A stretch of 63,987 nt of DNA, the filler included, from Malassezia furfur (lineage: Eukaryota): assembly GCA_052055015.1 (NCBI GenBank). It is 6 parts of 6 records of this genome, joined end to end, with 100 filler letters (N's around TTAATTAATTAA, not from the genome) between each part and the next. Parts side by side here need not be neighbours in the genome. Positions count along the whole stretch, not along the records: positions 11,359 to 22,599 come from JBQJIT010000364.1; positions 22,700 to 33,936 come from JBQJIT010000365.1; 4 more parts are not named here. One strand, given 5' to 3'. Made by a program: the position numbers and the translations under genes. The notes under the pieces are model-generated. The model was given only the letters and a program-made list of their open reading frames with translations. It ran no database searches and was not told the origin of the DNA. Positions 11,359 through 23,477 of the stretch are shown here, piece by piece (the first letter of the stretch is position 1; every line of letters begins with the position of its first letter).

Positions 11359-12595
11359 CCGCCTCCCCCGGGGCGGGGGGCGGTGCGGCGGCCGCCGGTG
11401 TCTCGGCCGCGGCGTGCGCCTCGGCCTCCTTGTGCAGCGCAAGCGACTCGATCAGCGGCATCGAGCGCGACAGCGGGAGCTGCACCCCGTCCGCGGGCGC
11501 CGGCGCCGCACCGGCTGCCGACTCGCTGCCCGCGTCGCCGTGCGCTGCCTCCTCGTTCGCCTCCGCGAGGAGCCGCGCACGCTCCAGCGCCGCAAAGCCC
11601 CACAGCTGGTCCTGGATGTTTTGGACGACGAGCCGCTCGTGGTGCGGGTCGCCGACCATGCGTGCCTTGATCCGCTCGCCATCCAGGAGCGTCACCATCC
11701 CTGTGCCGCCCGGACGCGTCGCACGGATCATGCCGCGGCGCCGCATGCGCTCCTCCTGCGTGCGCGGCGGAGGACTCTCGCTCTCGGACGCCTGCCGCTG
11801 CCACGACCGGCGCCAGGAGCGCAGAGGCCGACCGCGGTCGTCGTCGTCGAGCGCGAGGCGCCGGCGCTCGAGCGCAAGGCGCAGGCCCAGCGCACCCGTA
11901 CTGAGCCGCCGGATGGGCTTGGGCGTCGTGGGCAGCTCGTCGTCGTCGTCGTCGTCGTCGAGCGCGAATTCGTCGTCGGGCGCGTCTTCTACATGGTCCT
12001 CTTCGATCGGCTCGGGGAACGGCGCGAACCGGATGCGCCGCGTAGAGCCAAACGCCGAGCGCACCGACGGCGAGGGCGGACCGAGCATCGGCGGCGTCGT
12101 CGACATGGACGTCGATAGAGAGTAGGTGCGAAGAAGGTCCTTGGACGTGGACGGCTTCGAGGCGGTCATCTCGGCGAGGGCGCGGGCCGTCTCCATGCTC
12201 TTGCGTGTGTTGATGATGGCATTGAGCGCCGCGAGCTCCTCGGGGTCCATCGGCGTGAAATCGGCGTCGTTGTTGGCGCCCGTCGACCTGCGCCGCGACG
12301 CGTTCCGGCGTGATCGCGTCCACGGCATCGGCAGCAGACGCAGCGGGAGCGTGGCCGGCGACACGAGGTCCCGCCAGCGCCGGCGCTCGATCGATCCGGA
12401 CGACGACGCGCCGGACGCCGGCGGCGCCGGCGAGGTGTGTGGGGTAAGGGAGTTGCGCCGCTGCAGCGGATTCTGCAAGATCGACGGCGGCGGTGAGCTA
12501 GACGTGGAGAGCCGCACGGGGGTGTCGGATGCGTCCGTGGTATCGTGGCGCATCGCGACGTCTGACGCGGTCAGTGCGGGGCCGGCATGATGCAT
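11359..12595 (-). CDS. Hypothetical low-complexity protein, 3'-truncated at contig end
   Basis: Long open frame from ATG 12595 with acidic and Arg-rich tracts; no recognisable domain. Confidence 0.55.
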
Positions 12596-12913
12596 GGCGT
12601 GAGCAGCCACCCCGCGGGGGCGCGGTCAGTGGAGGCATATCCTGCGTGGTATTCGTCCGATCCAATCAGCGCGCGCGTCCGTTCGATCGGCAGCGAACAG
12701 CCCCACGCTTCGGCCTTGGCAGAAGATGGGCGGCGCCTATGAGCAGACGCCGCGTGCACGACGCCGACGTGGAACACCGCGCCACGATGACACGGTGGCG
12801 TGTCGGCGTGGAGGGTCAGGGCATCGCAGCTACACCGTACGGACACACGGGGATGTATGGGAGGCGCGCAAGAGAGCTGCCAGGAAGTAGAGACCTTGTT
12901 AAATATGCATCAT

Positions 12914-13711
12914 CTATGACTCGTCAGCCAGGGCGGGCTCCGCGGGAGTGTTGGTTCCCGTCGTGGCGTTGCCGGGGAAGAACAATACACGCGAGCGATG
13001 GAGCTGGGTGAGCGATGTAGGCGACGTACGATAGGGAGTTTGGGGAACAGAACAATCAGGAGGGCGCTCAGGTTCAACCAGAACAGCCAGGGGTCGTAGT
13101 GGGAATAATGGGTTGACAGCAAAAACCTGCGTGAGCGCACACGGCGACGTACAGTCCGATCGGGAGACTGGTGAGGTACTTTTTCGCGGGGGTGTACTGG
13201 TAGCCCTGGTCGATCTGCTCCCAGAGCGTGAGGTTGTCGTATGCGCCCGAGTCCTGGTCAAACGGCGTGCCCTGGACGCAGTGGAACATGATGAAAGACA
13301 CCTGGTGTGAGTCGGGCAAGCACGTACCGCCATGTAGCCCAGGTTGACCATACTCCATTTGACCGAGTTCGAGATGCCGGGAAGCTCGTTGACGAGCAGT
13401 TTGGCGATCACGATCAGCACGACATGGATGACCCAGGCGCCTGTGTGAGTGATGCGCGACGTACCCTTCATATTCACCCACTCGGCGTTGGCGTTCGGTG
13501 CGATGTTCTGATCGACGAGTTGTTCGGGCGTCTCGCGCACATGCTTCACCACGACGAAGCTGCTGCTCCGCCGGCGGTGGTGGCCGCGCTTGCCACTCTC
13601 CGAGGTCGTCTTCGTCGGCTCGCTAAGCTTGTCGCTCGGCGACGTGCGGATGTCCGCGTGGCTCTGCTGCCCAGCGGGCGCCGGTTCCACAACGGTCGGC
13701 ACGTTGAGCAT
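12914..13711 (-). CDS. ORM1: ORM/ORMDL sphingolipid synthesis regulator
   Basis: NANAEWVNMKGAWVIH, FHCVQGTPF, GAYDNLTLWEQID.G.QYTPAKKYL; introns 13441-13464, 13302-13327, 13127-13152, 13004-13029. Confidence 0.93.
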   Translation of the reverse strand: MLNVPTVVEPAPAGQQSHADIRTSPSDKLSEPTKTTSESGKRGHHRRRSSSFVVVKHVRETPEQLVDQNIAPNANAEWVNMKGTSRITHTGAWVIHVVLIVIAKLLVNELPGISNSVKWSMVNLGYMAVRACPTHTRCLSSCSTASRARRLTRTRAHTTTSRSGSRSTRATSTPPRKSTSPVSRSDCTSPCALTQVFAVNPLFPLRPLAVLVEPERPPDCSVPQTPYRTSPTSLTQLHRSRVLFFPGNATTGTNTPAEPALADES

Positions 13712-13830
13712 GGCGTATCGAGAAAGATTTCCACACGCGCCACTTGGGCCGCGCCGGCCGCAGCTGATGTAAGACATGTCTACAGGACGGCCTAGTAGGC
13801 GCCCCCTCAGGGACCCCGGCCGAAACGTGA

Positions 13831-16513
13831 CTACGGCGTGCGCAGCGGCAAATTATCGCGCGAGTGGACAAAGAGCGACGCCCAGCGGGGATAGACGCGT
13901 TTGTAGAGGCTCATGAGTACCGTGTCCATCTGCGACAGCGGCCCGTCGAAGTGCGCCTTGAAGTAGCCGTGCGTGCCGAGCGACTCCTTGATGTGCCCGG
14001 TGCGCCCCATCTTGGTGTGCAGCGTGATGGGCTGGAAGTAGCGCACGTCGTCCGCGTTGAAGAACATGAAGCGGATCGTCGCCGTGCGCTTGTGCAGCTT
14101 GTACGGGTGCCCGGACAGCACGACGCGCTTCGTGATGATGCGCGTCGGTGCCACATCGAGCACCGAGCCGGCGCCCACGAGATGCGGCGACTGCTCCGCA
14201 CTCACGCCGAGATCGTCGTAGCCAAACTCGTGGCCCTCGGCGCGCATGCGCAGCAGCACCACGGGCACATTCGCCCCGCCGAACGTCACGGGCGCATAGA
14301 TGCTGCCGACCGCCGCACCGATGCCGTGCGGCAGGAACCGCTCCCACTTGTACACTTGGTTGCCGCGGCGCCCGACGTTGCGCACGTGCTGGGAATACAC
14401 GGGCTGCGCCATGTACCGGCGGAACCCGAGGCAGACGAGCAGCGGGTCCTTGGACTTGACGGGCGCGTCGTACTCGGTGTTGCGCGTGACGGTAAAGTTG
14501 ACCACGCTCTTCTTGTGCTCGTGGCGCAGCAGGCCAAACAGCACAAACGGCACATCGTCGCGCTTCTTGTCGACCTCCGCATGGCCACGCACGCGGATCG
14601 CGCGCTCGGCCGCCGCCGCGGGCACGTCCTTGATCCACACGCTGACGCGCACGCCGGGCGCCACGCCGTCGAGTACCGCGTCGCTCTCGACGCGCTTGCG
14701 CGTCTTGCTAAAGTCGTCAAACTGGAACAGGCGCGCATAGTCCGGCGGCAAGTCCTCGTACGGGTCCCAGTAGCTCGTGTAGATGCTCTCGAGCCCGCGG
14801 TAGCGCGCGAACCGCTGCCGCGCGGGCACCTCGAGGGGGGTATCGACCTCGTCGGGGAACTGCGCGGCCTGCTGCTCCTCCTTGGCCGCCTCGCGCTCGC
14901 GACGCTGCTGCGCGCGGTACGCCTCGAGCTCCGCGAGGTCCAGATCGTCGTCCGCGTCGTCCGCGTCGTCCGCGGGCGCGTCGTCCATCGCCTCCGCCTC
15001 GTCCTCCTCCTCCTCGTCCTCCTCCTCCTCCTCGTCGTCCTGCATCTCGGCCGCACCGCTGCTCACCTCGTCTGCGTCGTCGGACCCACTCGCACTCGCG
15101 TCCTCGTCGTCGTCCTCAATGATCCACGCCGCTTGGTACCGCTTGCGTGCGTCCTCCTCGGCCTTCTTCTTGAGGATCTCGTGCGGCGTCGTGCCGGGCG
15201 CGGCGGGCGGCAGCTCTGCGTCGTCGGGCGCGCCCTGTGCGGCGGGCGCGTCGGCCATCTCCTCCTCGGTCGGCCACGTCTGCTCGTTCGCGAGCAAGTC
15301 CGGCTCGTTCTCGCTCACGAGGTCGTCGGCGTCCTCGTCGTTGCGCTCGTCAAGCACGTCGCCGGCACGCAGCGCGCGCGGTGTGTCCGGCGCCGCTGCA
15401 TCGTCCATCGCGGCGTCGGCGACCGGCTGTGCGCCGACGGGCATGTACGTGATGCGGTCCACGGCAAAGTCGCCAAAGTCGGGGATGTGCACGAGGCGGT
15501 TCGCACTGAGCGGCGCGCCACGGATCCAGCCCTGCACCTGGAGCAGGCCGCGGCCGTCGTCGCCGGGCACGTACGTCGCCTCCTCGCCGACGACCCACGA
15601 GCGGAAGTCGCGCCATGCGACGCGCTTCGGCGCGGAGGTCACGAGCGTGCGCACCAGCACACTGCGGCTCGCCGCCTCGTCGAGGACGTGCACCTTTTGC
15701 ACCTCGGGGCAGAAGTACTGCACGAAGCTCAGGAGCGACTTGCGCACGCCCTGTGCGTCCTTGGCGTGCGCCTGCTTCTTGGACTTGGCCCACGGCTGCT
15801 CGTCGGCGGTGCGCAGCGTCGGCACGACGGCGAGGGCCATCGGCATGCCCTGCGCCTGGAGCGTGCGCAGGCACAGCTCGCCCCACGACCCCGGCTCGAT
15901 CGACGTGCTCGCCGAGAGCACGAGCATCACAAAGTCGGCGCACCGGCACGCATCGAGCGTCGGGAGCAGCGCGCCGTACGGCAGCGGGAGGAACTGGATC
16001 GCCTGCCGGAAGCGGGTCGCATCGAGCTCGCAGTACGCCATGTGCTGCGCGCGCGCCTCCTCCGGCCCGCGCCCGGGCATGCCGCGCACGCCGAGCGCCT
16101 CGCCGTCGCGCTCCAGCGCACACACCACGTCCCACGCGTCATTGTCGGGGGTGAGCGTGACCACCGCACAGATGCGCGGCGCGCCGGCCTTGCTCGGCCC
16201 ACCGCGCCCGCCCGTGCGCTGCTCGCCGCGCAGGCCGCTGCCGGTGAAGATGCGCGTGCTCTCGACGAGCGCCGCGCGCTTCTGCTGCGAGATCTGCTTC
16301 GCCTCGTTCTGCCGGTTGCTGCGCGAGCCCGGCGCATTGCCGGCGGCGCGCAGCGGATTCGCCTTGTGCGGCCGCGCAACGGCGGGCGCCTCGTTTTTGC
16401 CTGCGTCAGACACGACACGCACCCTTCGCGGCGCGCTTCTGCGCGCCCTTGGTCGCGTGGCCCGACTTGAACGGCTTGTTCACCTGCTTCAGCGTCGGTC
16501 GATGCGTCGGCAT
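13831..16513 (-). CDS. TSR1: 40S ribosome biogenesis factor Tsr1
   Basis: ATG 16513 (KQVNKPFKSGHATKG), 22-nt intron 16401-16422; FPDEVDTP, RFARYRGL, GRTGHIKESLGTHGYFK. Confidence 0.95.
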
Positions 16514-16600
16514 CGTGAACAGGAACCAGACAAAAAAAGTGAGTGCGCTGACTCAGCAGCACGCCGATCGGGCACAGGGGGTGGGGGCAAGCTACAGCGG

Positions 16601-17580
16601 CTACGCAGCGGCGGGGTCGGCGTCCTTGGGCGCGTCGCCGTCCTTGGGCGCGTCCTTGGCGTCCGCCTGCGTCGGGTTCTCGGAGCGCGCCATCTCCAGC
16701 CGGTTGTTGACGAGCGCATGGAGCGCAATCACCGAGCGGATCAGGCTGCTGAGGTATACAAGGAGCAGGCGGTCGTTGTTCGCCACCCGGAAGCTGCGCA
16801 CGGTCTCGGGCTTCTCGAGATCGGGCAGGTAGTTGAAGATGTTCTGCAGCTCGTACACGATCTCGTGGTTCACCGGGAGCTCGCCACGCAGCACCGCCTC
16901 GAGGTAGTCGCGGATCTCGAGCAGGCGGCGGTGCAGGCCGCGCAATGCGCCGAGCTGCGACGAGACGCGCTCCGACAGCGACCCGACCGACGTCGTGTCG
17001 TGGATGTCGCGCAGCAGGTGCTCGACGCCGACCTCCTCGGCCTCCTCGGCCTCGATGATCGTGGGGACGTGCATAAACGTCTTTTGCGTTGCGGTGCCGT
17101 CGTCCTTGATCTCCTCGACGGCGACGTACGCGTCGGTCGGCAGCCCGACGTCCTGGCGCTTCGGGTCAATGATCACCATGACCGAGCGCGGCGTGAACCG
17201 CTTCATCAGCTCGTTGATCTCCAGGTCCGAAGAGCGCAGCTTCGGTCCGGTATGGTACCACCCAATCATCTTTTCGCGCGCTGCGTGAGCGCACTCCACG
17301 TACCGTTCACCTTCTTGAACATCTCCATCATGCCCTCGATATAGTCGTGGTCCAGGAACCACGTCTTGCCGTCGCGCTCGTCCTCCTCGAACGGCACCGC
17401 GAAGCTGTTCGCGACGTTGATCGTCTTGCCGTTGTCCTGGCCGAGCAGCACGCCGACGACGCGCTTGCCCTTGCCGACGGCCACACGCGACGCATGGTCC
17501 GTCACCGAGAGCAGCACGAGCGGGTGCACCACCACCGAGGTGCCGGCCAGCGAGCTCGTCTCTTCCGACGTCGTAGGCAT
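16601..17580 (-). CDS. RPN8: 26S proteasome lid subunit Rpn8 (MPN domain)
   Basis: [49 protein letters not shown]; 23-nt intron 17281-17303. Confidence 0.96.
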
Positions 17581-17630
17581 GGCGACGTACGCTTCGACGC
17601 GCGCCCCGCTCGATCACCCCGCCACGTGAT

Positions 17631-19572
17631 ATGTGGAGGCGGCTCCTTCGCGCGTCCACGCGCGGCAGCAGCGTGGGGGAGGAAGCGAGCACACCGGCGC
17701 ACGCGCGCGCGCCGCTGCTGCGCCTCGTGGGGCGCGCGGCGGACGCGCGCAGCGCGCCACAGGACCGCGTACGTCCAAGTCCTGACGCAGATCGCGTGCC
17801 TCGAGCAGCTCACGCAAGCAGCCCGCGACGCGTCGCTCACACGCGACGCGGCCGACCTGCTCCGCGACGCGTACGGCGCACTGTTCGCCGCGCTCGACTG
17901 CGCAGACGTGCGGTACGTCAGGCCCGCTCACACAGCACACCGCTCTGCACGCTCCTCGTCCTGCTCACCGAGCGCCGGCACGTACGCGCCTTTCGCGTGC
18001 GCAAAGTGTGCGTCTGCCCCCCACTGACCCAGCCGCGCGCTGTACGCCGCCTCGAACCGCGACCGCGCGCTGTACGCGCTGCTCGATACCTATGCCACCT
18101 TTGTGCCTGCGCTCCTGCTCCCGGTCGAACGCCCCGCATCGCACACGCGCCGCGGCGGGCAGGCCACGGCGCTGAGTGACGTGCGCCTCGTGCGCTGGGC
18201 GCGCACGCTCCCCGCCCTCGTGCTGCCCGAGATGGTACCCGGGCTGTGCACGCATGTCGGCGATAGTTCCTTGTCATGTGTGCCGCAGTTTCTGCACCTC
18301 GCCGCGCTCGTCGGCGCCGGCAGCCGCACGACGCAGCTCGCCGCGCTCAACCACGAGATCGGCGCGCGCATCGCCGCGTCGCTCGGGCGCCTGCTCGCGG
18401 TGAACCACGTGTACCGCCTGCGGCAGCACCCGCACGCACGCGACGCACGCGCGCCGGGCGACGTGCCGCCGTTCGACCCGGTCGCGAGCGTGATGCTCGA
18501 CCAGGTGTACGTGCGGTGCGCGCAGCTCGGCGAGGTGCCGCCGAGCCTGTTTGCATTCCTCGCGCACGTCGTGCACTCGGCCGGCGCGGACGCGGTCGCG
18601 CGCCTCAAAAACGGCACCGACGCGGGCCTCGCCGCCTGGGAGGACGCATGGCGGCCGACGCTCGTTGCACTCGCGCGCCTCGTCGGCCTCGTGCACGCGG
18701 TGCAGTGGAGCGACATGTTTGTGCCGCTGCTGCGCCCGCTGTGCCACTTTGCCACGATGGATGGCGTGTCGGACGACGTGTCGGCGCGCATCGTGCGCGG
18801 CCTCGTGCAGCTGCTCCTCCACTGGTCGCGGCGAGCGCCGCACGACGCAGCCGCACGCGACGCGGGCGACGCGCTCTTCCCGTGGCTGCTCGAGCTCGAG
18901 GAGGCGCTCCTCATGGACGGCGACCCGTCGCTGCCCATCTACCACGCGGCGCTCGAGCTGCACGCGGCGTCGCTCGCGGCGCGCGGCGCCGACGCCGTCG
19001 CGGCGCTGTACCCGTTCCCCTTTTATGTACTCGCATCGCCGCCCGCGCTGCACGGCTCGATCGCGACGCTCGCGCCGCTGTGCGGCATGGTCGAGGCGCT
19101 GCGCGGCAAGGCGCAGGCGCACGCCGTGCCGGCGGCGCCCGTCAACGAGATGCTCCTCGCGCTCGTCGACCTGGTGTGGAGCGGGCGCGCGTTCGGCTCG
19201 CTGCTGCAGCACGGCCTGGCCATCGATACCCACCGCGCCATCGACCCGCAGACCATCGCCGCGCTGAAGCACGCGTGCGACGCGCGGCGCGTCGTGCCGT
19301 TTGTGCTGGTCGGCTCGCTGTCGCACAGTGCGCTGCTCGCAGCGCTGTTCGAGGTGTACTGCAACGAGCACCTGCTCACCGGCGAGCACGCGTTTGTGCG
19401 CGCGCCCATCACGCCGTCGGCGCTGCGCCCCGTGCGCGCACACAGCCTGCCCGCCAACGTGCAGTACACCGACATCCGCATCCAGTTCCTGCACTGGCTC
19501 GCGGCGCGCGGCGCGCCGCAGGTGTGGCAGCTGCTGCACGCGACCGTGCCGTCGCTCCATAGCGTCTCGTAA
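17631..19572 (+). CDS. Putative kinetochore protein CENP-I/Mis6 (start uncertain)
   Basis: Introns 17769-17790, 17913-17935, 18008-18032 give [34 protein letters not shown], similar to the Mis6 conserved block. Confidence 0.55.
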
Positions 19573-19599
19573 AACGGTTCGTCTGATTATGCTACAATG

Positions 19600-20505
19600 C
19601 TATGCACGCTGCCGCATCCGGGAGCTGATCGTACGCAGCTTCGCATACACCTTGCCGGGCGGACTGCCCATGATCAGCGCCACGATCGAGTCCTTGGCGA
19701 TCCGGATGTTTTGGAACGCGCCGAGGATGTGGATCTTGGTATCGGCGAGCACGATGCGTGTCCGGCTCGCGTTCTCGATCGCAAAGCGCGTGCGCCCGTC
19801 CTTGCCGGCAATGCGGCCGATCGCGCGGCTCAGGTGGTCGCCGTGCAGCGTCTTGACGTCCTTCATCTCGAACGAGTCCACGTACAAGTCGTCGAGACGC
19901 AGCAGCGCCAGCGCGTCGTCCGCCTCAAAGCCCAGCGCGTACGCCTTGACAAAGTCGGCCGCTTTTTGCAGCACACCCAGGTCGTCGGTGTGCTTCGACG
20001 TCTTGATCTCCACGCACCGTGTGCGGGGGTTCATGCGCACCATCAGGTTCGCCTGCTCGACCAGCGGCGTGTAGATCTTCGGCCAGTCGCGCTTCAGCGG
20101 CGACATGCGGTGGGGGGGGATCGGCACCTTGCGCAGCTGCGACTTGGTCACATTCCCGTCGCGTGCATGTTGCGCGGCCGCCAGCGACGCGGCGCTGATC
20201 GGCGCAAACTGCAGCGCATCGTCGTCGACGCCAGCACTGCGCGCGGGCGCATCGTCCGCGACGGCATCCTCAATCATCAAGTCGTCGTCGTCGTCCGCAG
20301 GCACGGCGCCGTCCGTACCCGCCGCATCGTCGAGCATCAAATCGTCGTCGTCCTCGTCGTCCGAGCCCTCCTGCCCGAACGGCTTGCGCTCAGGCAGCGC
20401 AGCAGCGGCCGGAGCCTCGGGTTCTTTTTTCACACTCTTCGCCTTGCCCTTCTTGGTCGAGGCGCGCTTCGGCGGCACGGACGCCCCGGCGTCCAATTTG
20501 CCCAT
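19600..20505 (-). CDS. PNO1: Pre-rRNA processing KH-domain protein Pno1/Dim2
   Basis: RKVPIPPHRMSPLK..WPKIY, GDHLSRAIGRIAGKDG, GSPPGKVY. Confidence 0.96.
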   Translation of the reverse strand: MGKLDAGASVPPKRASTKKGKAKSVKKEPEAPAAAALPERKPFGQEGSDDEDDDDLMLDDAAGTDGAVPADDDDDLMIEDAVADDAPARSAGVDDDALQFAPISAASLAAAQHARDGNVTKSQLRKVPIPPHRMSPLKRDWPKIYTPLVEQANLMVRMNPRTRCVEIKTSKHTDDLGVLQKAADFVKAYALGFEADDALALLRLDDLYVDSFEMKDVKTLHGDHLSRAIGRIAGKDGRTRFAIENASRTRIVLADTKIHILGAFQNIRIAKDSIVALIMGSPPGKVYAKLRTISSRMRQRA

Positions 20506-20803
20506 CCTGCACGTCGTGTTCCAAAAAAAAAAAAGCGGTGAGCGCTTAGTCATCTATCGGCCAGTAGGGCTCTCTCAGACCAGGTCCAGGCACCGCAACG
20601 GGGGTCCAGGGGAGGCGGCGGCGGTGCCAAGAGCACGGTACCGCGCCGTGGTGGCAAAACGCCGCCCACACCGCACTTGCCTCCCATGCGGTGCACGGCA
20701 TCCAAGCAAACGCGAGCCTTCACAAACTAGGAGAGTGCACTTCTATTTGACACGGCCGGTTTTGTATAGCACCGTGTGCTCCGGCGCATCTCTGTGTGCC
20801 ATA

Positions 20804-21528
20804 TTAGAGGCCGTGAGCCTGGAAGCCCGTCGTGGTGCTCTGCGTCGGCTCAACCGACACGGTCGACGGCTTGACGCCAGTCGAGCGCGTGAACTGCAGG
20901 AAGAGCGGGCGGAGCGCCTTGTGGTACACGAGCTTGGCGCCCTGGGTCTGGGGCAGGATGAGCCAGACAATGGCGAGCGTCTTGAATGTGTAGTAGAAGG
21001 GGAACCAGTAGAGCACGACGCTCACGAACGACTCAATGAACGTGAAGAAGCCGAACACGACCCAGTAGGTGAGCCACTGCACGTCGTCCTGCGGCTGCGG
21101 CGTCTCAAGGGCCGCGAGCGAGAAGTAGCTCGGGATGAAGAAGCCGACAAAGTTGGTCAGGAAGCCAGCGGCGCTGTGTGAGTGGGCGGGAGCGACCTAC
21201 ATGTTGAAGAACACGAGCTGTGGTTAGCCAACCTCTCCCACACAGTTGCAACGTACCACGGTGAACACGACAAAGATGCCGACGATGACGTACGACTTAG
21301 GCACCGGCAGGTACTTGTCGAGACGGTTCAGGGCAGGGTACTTCGACATCTGTGGTCAGCGCCGGCGATCACGGTCAGGTACGTACCTCCTTGTCGAGCT
21401 GCGATCCGTGGCGTAAACACGCCGGGTGTCAGCATGCTGTTCGCGCGCCTATGCGCCGCAGCGCCTTAACGTACCTGCGCCATGAAGTGGTCGACCTTCT
21501 GTTGAATCACTTGAGCCTGAGAAGCCAT
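20804..21528 (-). CDS. YOP1: ER-shaping protein Yop1/REEP
   Basis: Exons 21528-21475, 21398-21387, 21349-21257, 21217-21201, 21173-20804; DDVQWLTYWVVFGFF, WFPFYY, LPQTQGA. Confidence 0.92.
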
Positions 21529-21773
21529 GTTGTTTTTTTTTCCAAGCAAAATCTGTCGATTGCGGTGTGGTAGCAGGAGAGGCTATCGGGACCGGCCGTA
21601 TATACTCGCCCGAACGGCGCGCGCCGCCGGCGACCCTAACACGGGCCTACAGGGCACGCACAACACGATCTGCCACGCGCCGCAGCGATCCGCTTTAGTC
21701 AGCGATCGACGCTTCTCGACGGCCGACGTGTGGAGGTCTTCGCGGCGTGCGCGGAAGCTTGCTCCAGACGACA

Positions 21774-22463
21774 ATGTCGCTCGTGTCGAGTGTGACCCGT
21801 GGCGGTGTGTTGGGCGTGTTCGCGCGCCCTCTGCGTATGCCTGCGGCGCTTGCGCTGCCGCGCAGCGCGGTGCGTGCCTACTCCGACAAGGCCGAAGAGA
21901 AGCCCACCGATGAGAAGGCCGCCGCGCCCGATGCGGAGAAGAGCGAGGGCAACGATGTTGAGGCGCAGCTCAAGGAGAAGGACGCGCGCATCAAGGACCT
22001 CACCGACCAGATCCTGTATGGCAAGGCGGAGCTGCAGAACCTGCAGCGCCGCTCGGCAGAGGAGAAGAAGACGGCGGGCGAGTTTGGCATGTCGAAGCTC
22101 GCCAAGGACCTCACGGACTCGATCGATGTGCTGGATCTGGCGCTCAAGTCGGTGCCCGAGGAGCTGCGTGCCGCGGGCCAGGGCGAGTCGGACGCCAAGA
22201 GCCCCCAGCGTGCGCTCACCGAGCTGTACGACGGTGTGAGTCTGACGCGCAAGAGCATCCTCGACATGCTCCGGAAACACGGCATTGAGCGGTTCGACCC
22301 GACGGGCGAGCCGTTTGACCCGACGCTGCACGAGGCGCTGTACCAGGTGCCGATCCCCGGCAAGGAGCCCGGCAGTGTGCTGGACTGCAGCAAGGTCGGC
22401 TACAAGATCAAGGGCCGTCTGCTGCGTGTTGCGCAGGTCGGTGTGGTGCAGGACGCATCGTAA
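21774..22463 (+). CDS. MGE1: Mitochondrial GrpE nucleotide exchange factor
   Basis: Basic presequence; AELQNLQRR, FDPTLHEAL, GYKIKGRLLRVAQVGV. Confidence 0.95.
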   Translation: MSLVSSVTRGGVLGVFARPLRMPAALALPRSAVRAYSDKAEEKPTDEKAAAPDAEKSEGNDVEAQLKEKDARIKDLTDQILYGKAELQNLQRRSAEEKKTAGEFGMSKLAKDLTDSIDVLDLALKSVPEELRAAGQGESDAKSPQRALTELYDGVSLTRKSILDMLRKHGIERFDPTGEPFDPTLHEALYQVPIPGKEPGSVLDCSKVGYKIKGRLLRVAQVGVVQDAS

Positions 22464-22599
22464 TGAGCTACGGCAGTGTGCGAGGCGACTACGCCATAAT
22501 ACCATAGGACAAAACAGCCACCTCCTACGCGTCCCCGGAGTGCGGGTGGCGTCGCGCGCGGCACGCCGCGGCGCGTGCGGCGGCGTGCGCCGTGCGCCG

Positions 22600-22699
22600 N
22601 NNNNNNNNNNNNNNNNNNNNNNNNNNNNNNNNNNNNNNNNNNNTTAATTAATTAANNNNNNNNNNNNNNNNNNNNNNNNNNNNNNNNNNNNNNNNNNNN
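22600..22699. other. Artificial contig linker
   Basis: N44-TTAATTAATTAA-N44. Confidence 0.98.
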
Positions 22700-23411
22700 C
22701 AGCGCACGCACGAGGGCGTCGTGGTCGGCCGCGCGCGTCTGTGCGCGCGTGCGGCTGTCCTGCTGCGTCTGGGCGATGTGCTCGTCGAGCGTGTGCACGG
22801 CGCGCTCGGCGCGCTGCGCCCACGTCTGCAGCGCTGCAAGCAGCGGCGCAAGTGCATCCGATGCGCTGCCGTCCGCGCCCAGCCGCGGCACATCGCGCGC
22901 CGTGACTTGGTCGACATGGAATTCGCGCGCGAGGCCATCGAGGCGTCCGGCAAAGAAGGACTGGTAGATCCCGTCAATCACCAAATCCTCAAGCATGCGC
23001 GTCGCATGCGTGCTGTCGGCAGGGGTATCGAGGCCGAGCGCGCGCTGCAGCTCCGCGTACGACAGCACACGGGAGCGGTGGGCCATGGACAGGATGGTCA
23101 GCTGTCGGAGCTTGACGATCTGCGCCTCAGTGAGCTCTGTGTAGGTGGATGCATTCGCGGCATAGTCGGCCCAGGTGCCCGTAGCAAACAGCTGGAGCGT
23201 GCGCCACGCCGGGGCGTGCGCGGGATCGGTCGCGAGCTGCGTCAGGGACACGACATACCGCCTGGATCGCCGGGAACGCGAGCAGTTCGCCAAATACGGA
23301 CGTGTTGGGAGCCTCAGTGGCTTCTTGTACGATACGTGCCGCGTGTGTGGCGTCGGCACACTGCTGTGCCTGCGCACACCACGGCGCGAGCGCCGTGCCT
23401 CCGTCGTGCAT
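22700..23411 (-). CDS. CSN7: COP9 signalosome subunit 7 (PCI domain), 3'-truncated
   Basis: ATEAPNTSVFGELL, 22-nt intron 23237-23258, LQLFATGTWADY, KLRQLTILS, LEDLVIDGIY, ARDV. Confidence 0.85.
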
Positions 23412-23477
23412 GGTGCGGGGTGCGAGGTGCGAGACCAAAGGAGAGGGGCCTCCACTTGCCTACAAAAGGGGCATTTT

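Noticed and set aside
13864..17344. 800+ aa plus-strand ORFs opposite TSR1/RPN8 (similarly 23175..25697, 58923..60908, 40579..42213)
   Set aside because: Antisense shadows caused by high GC3 codon bias; no domains
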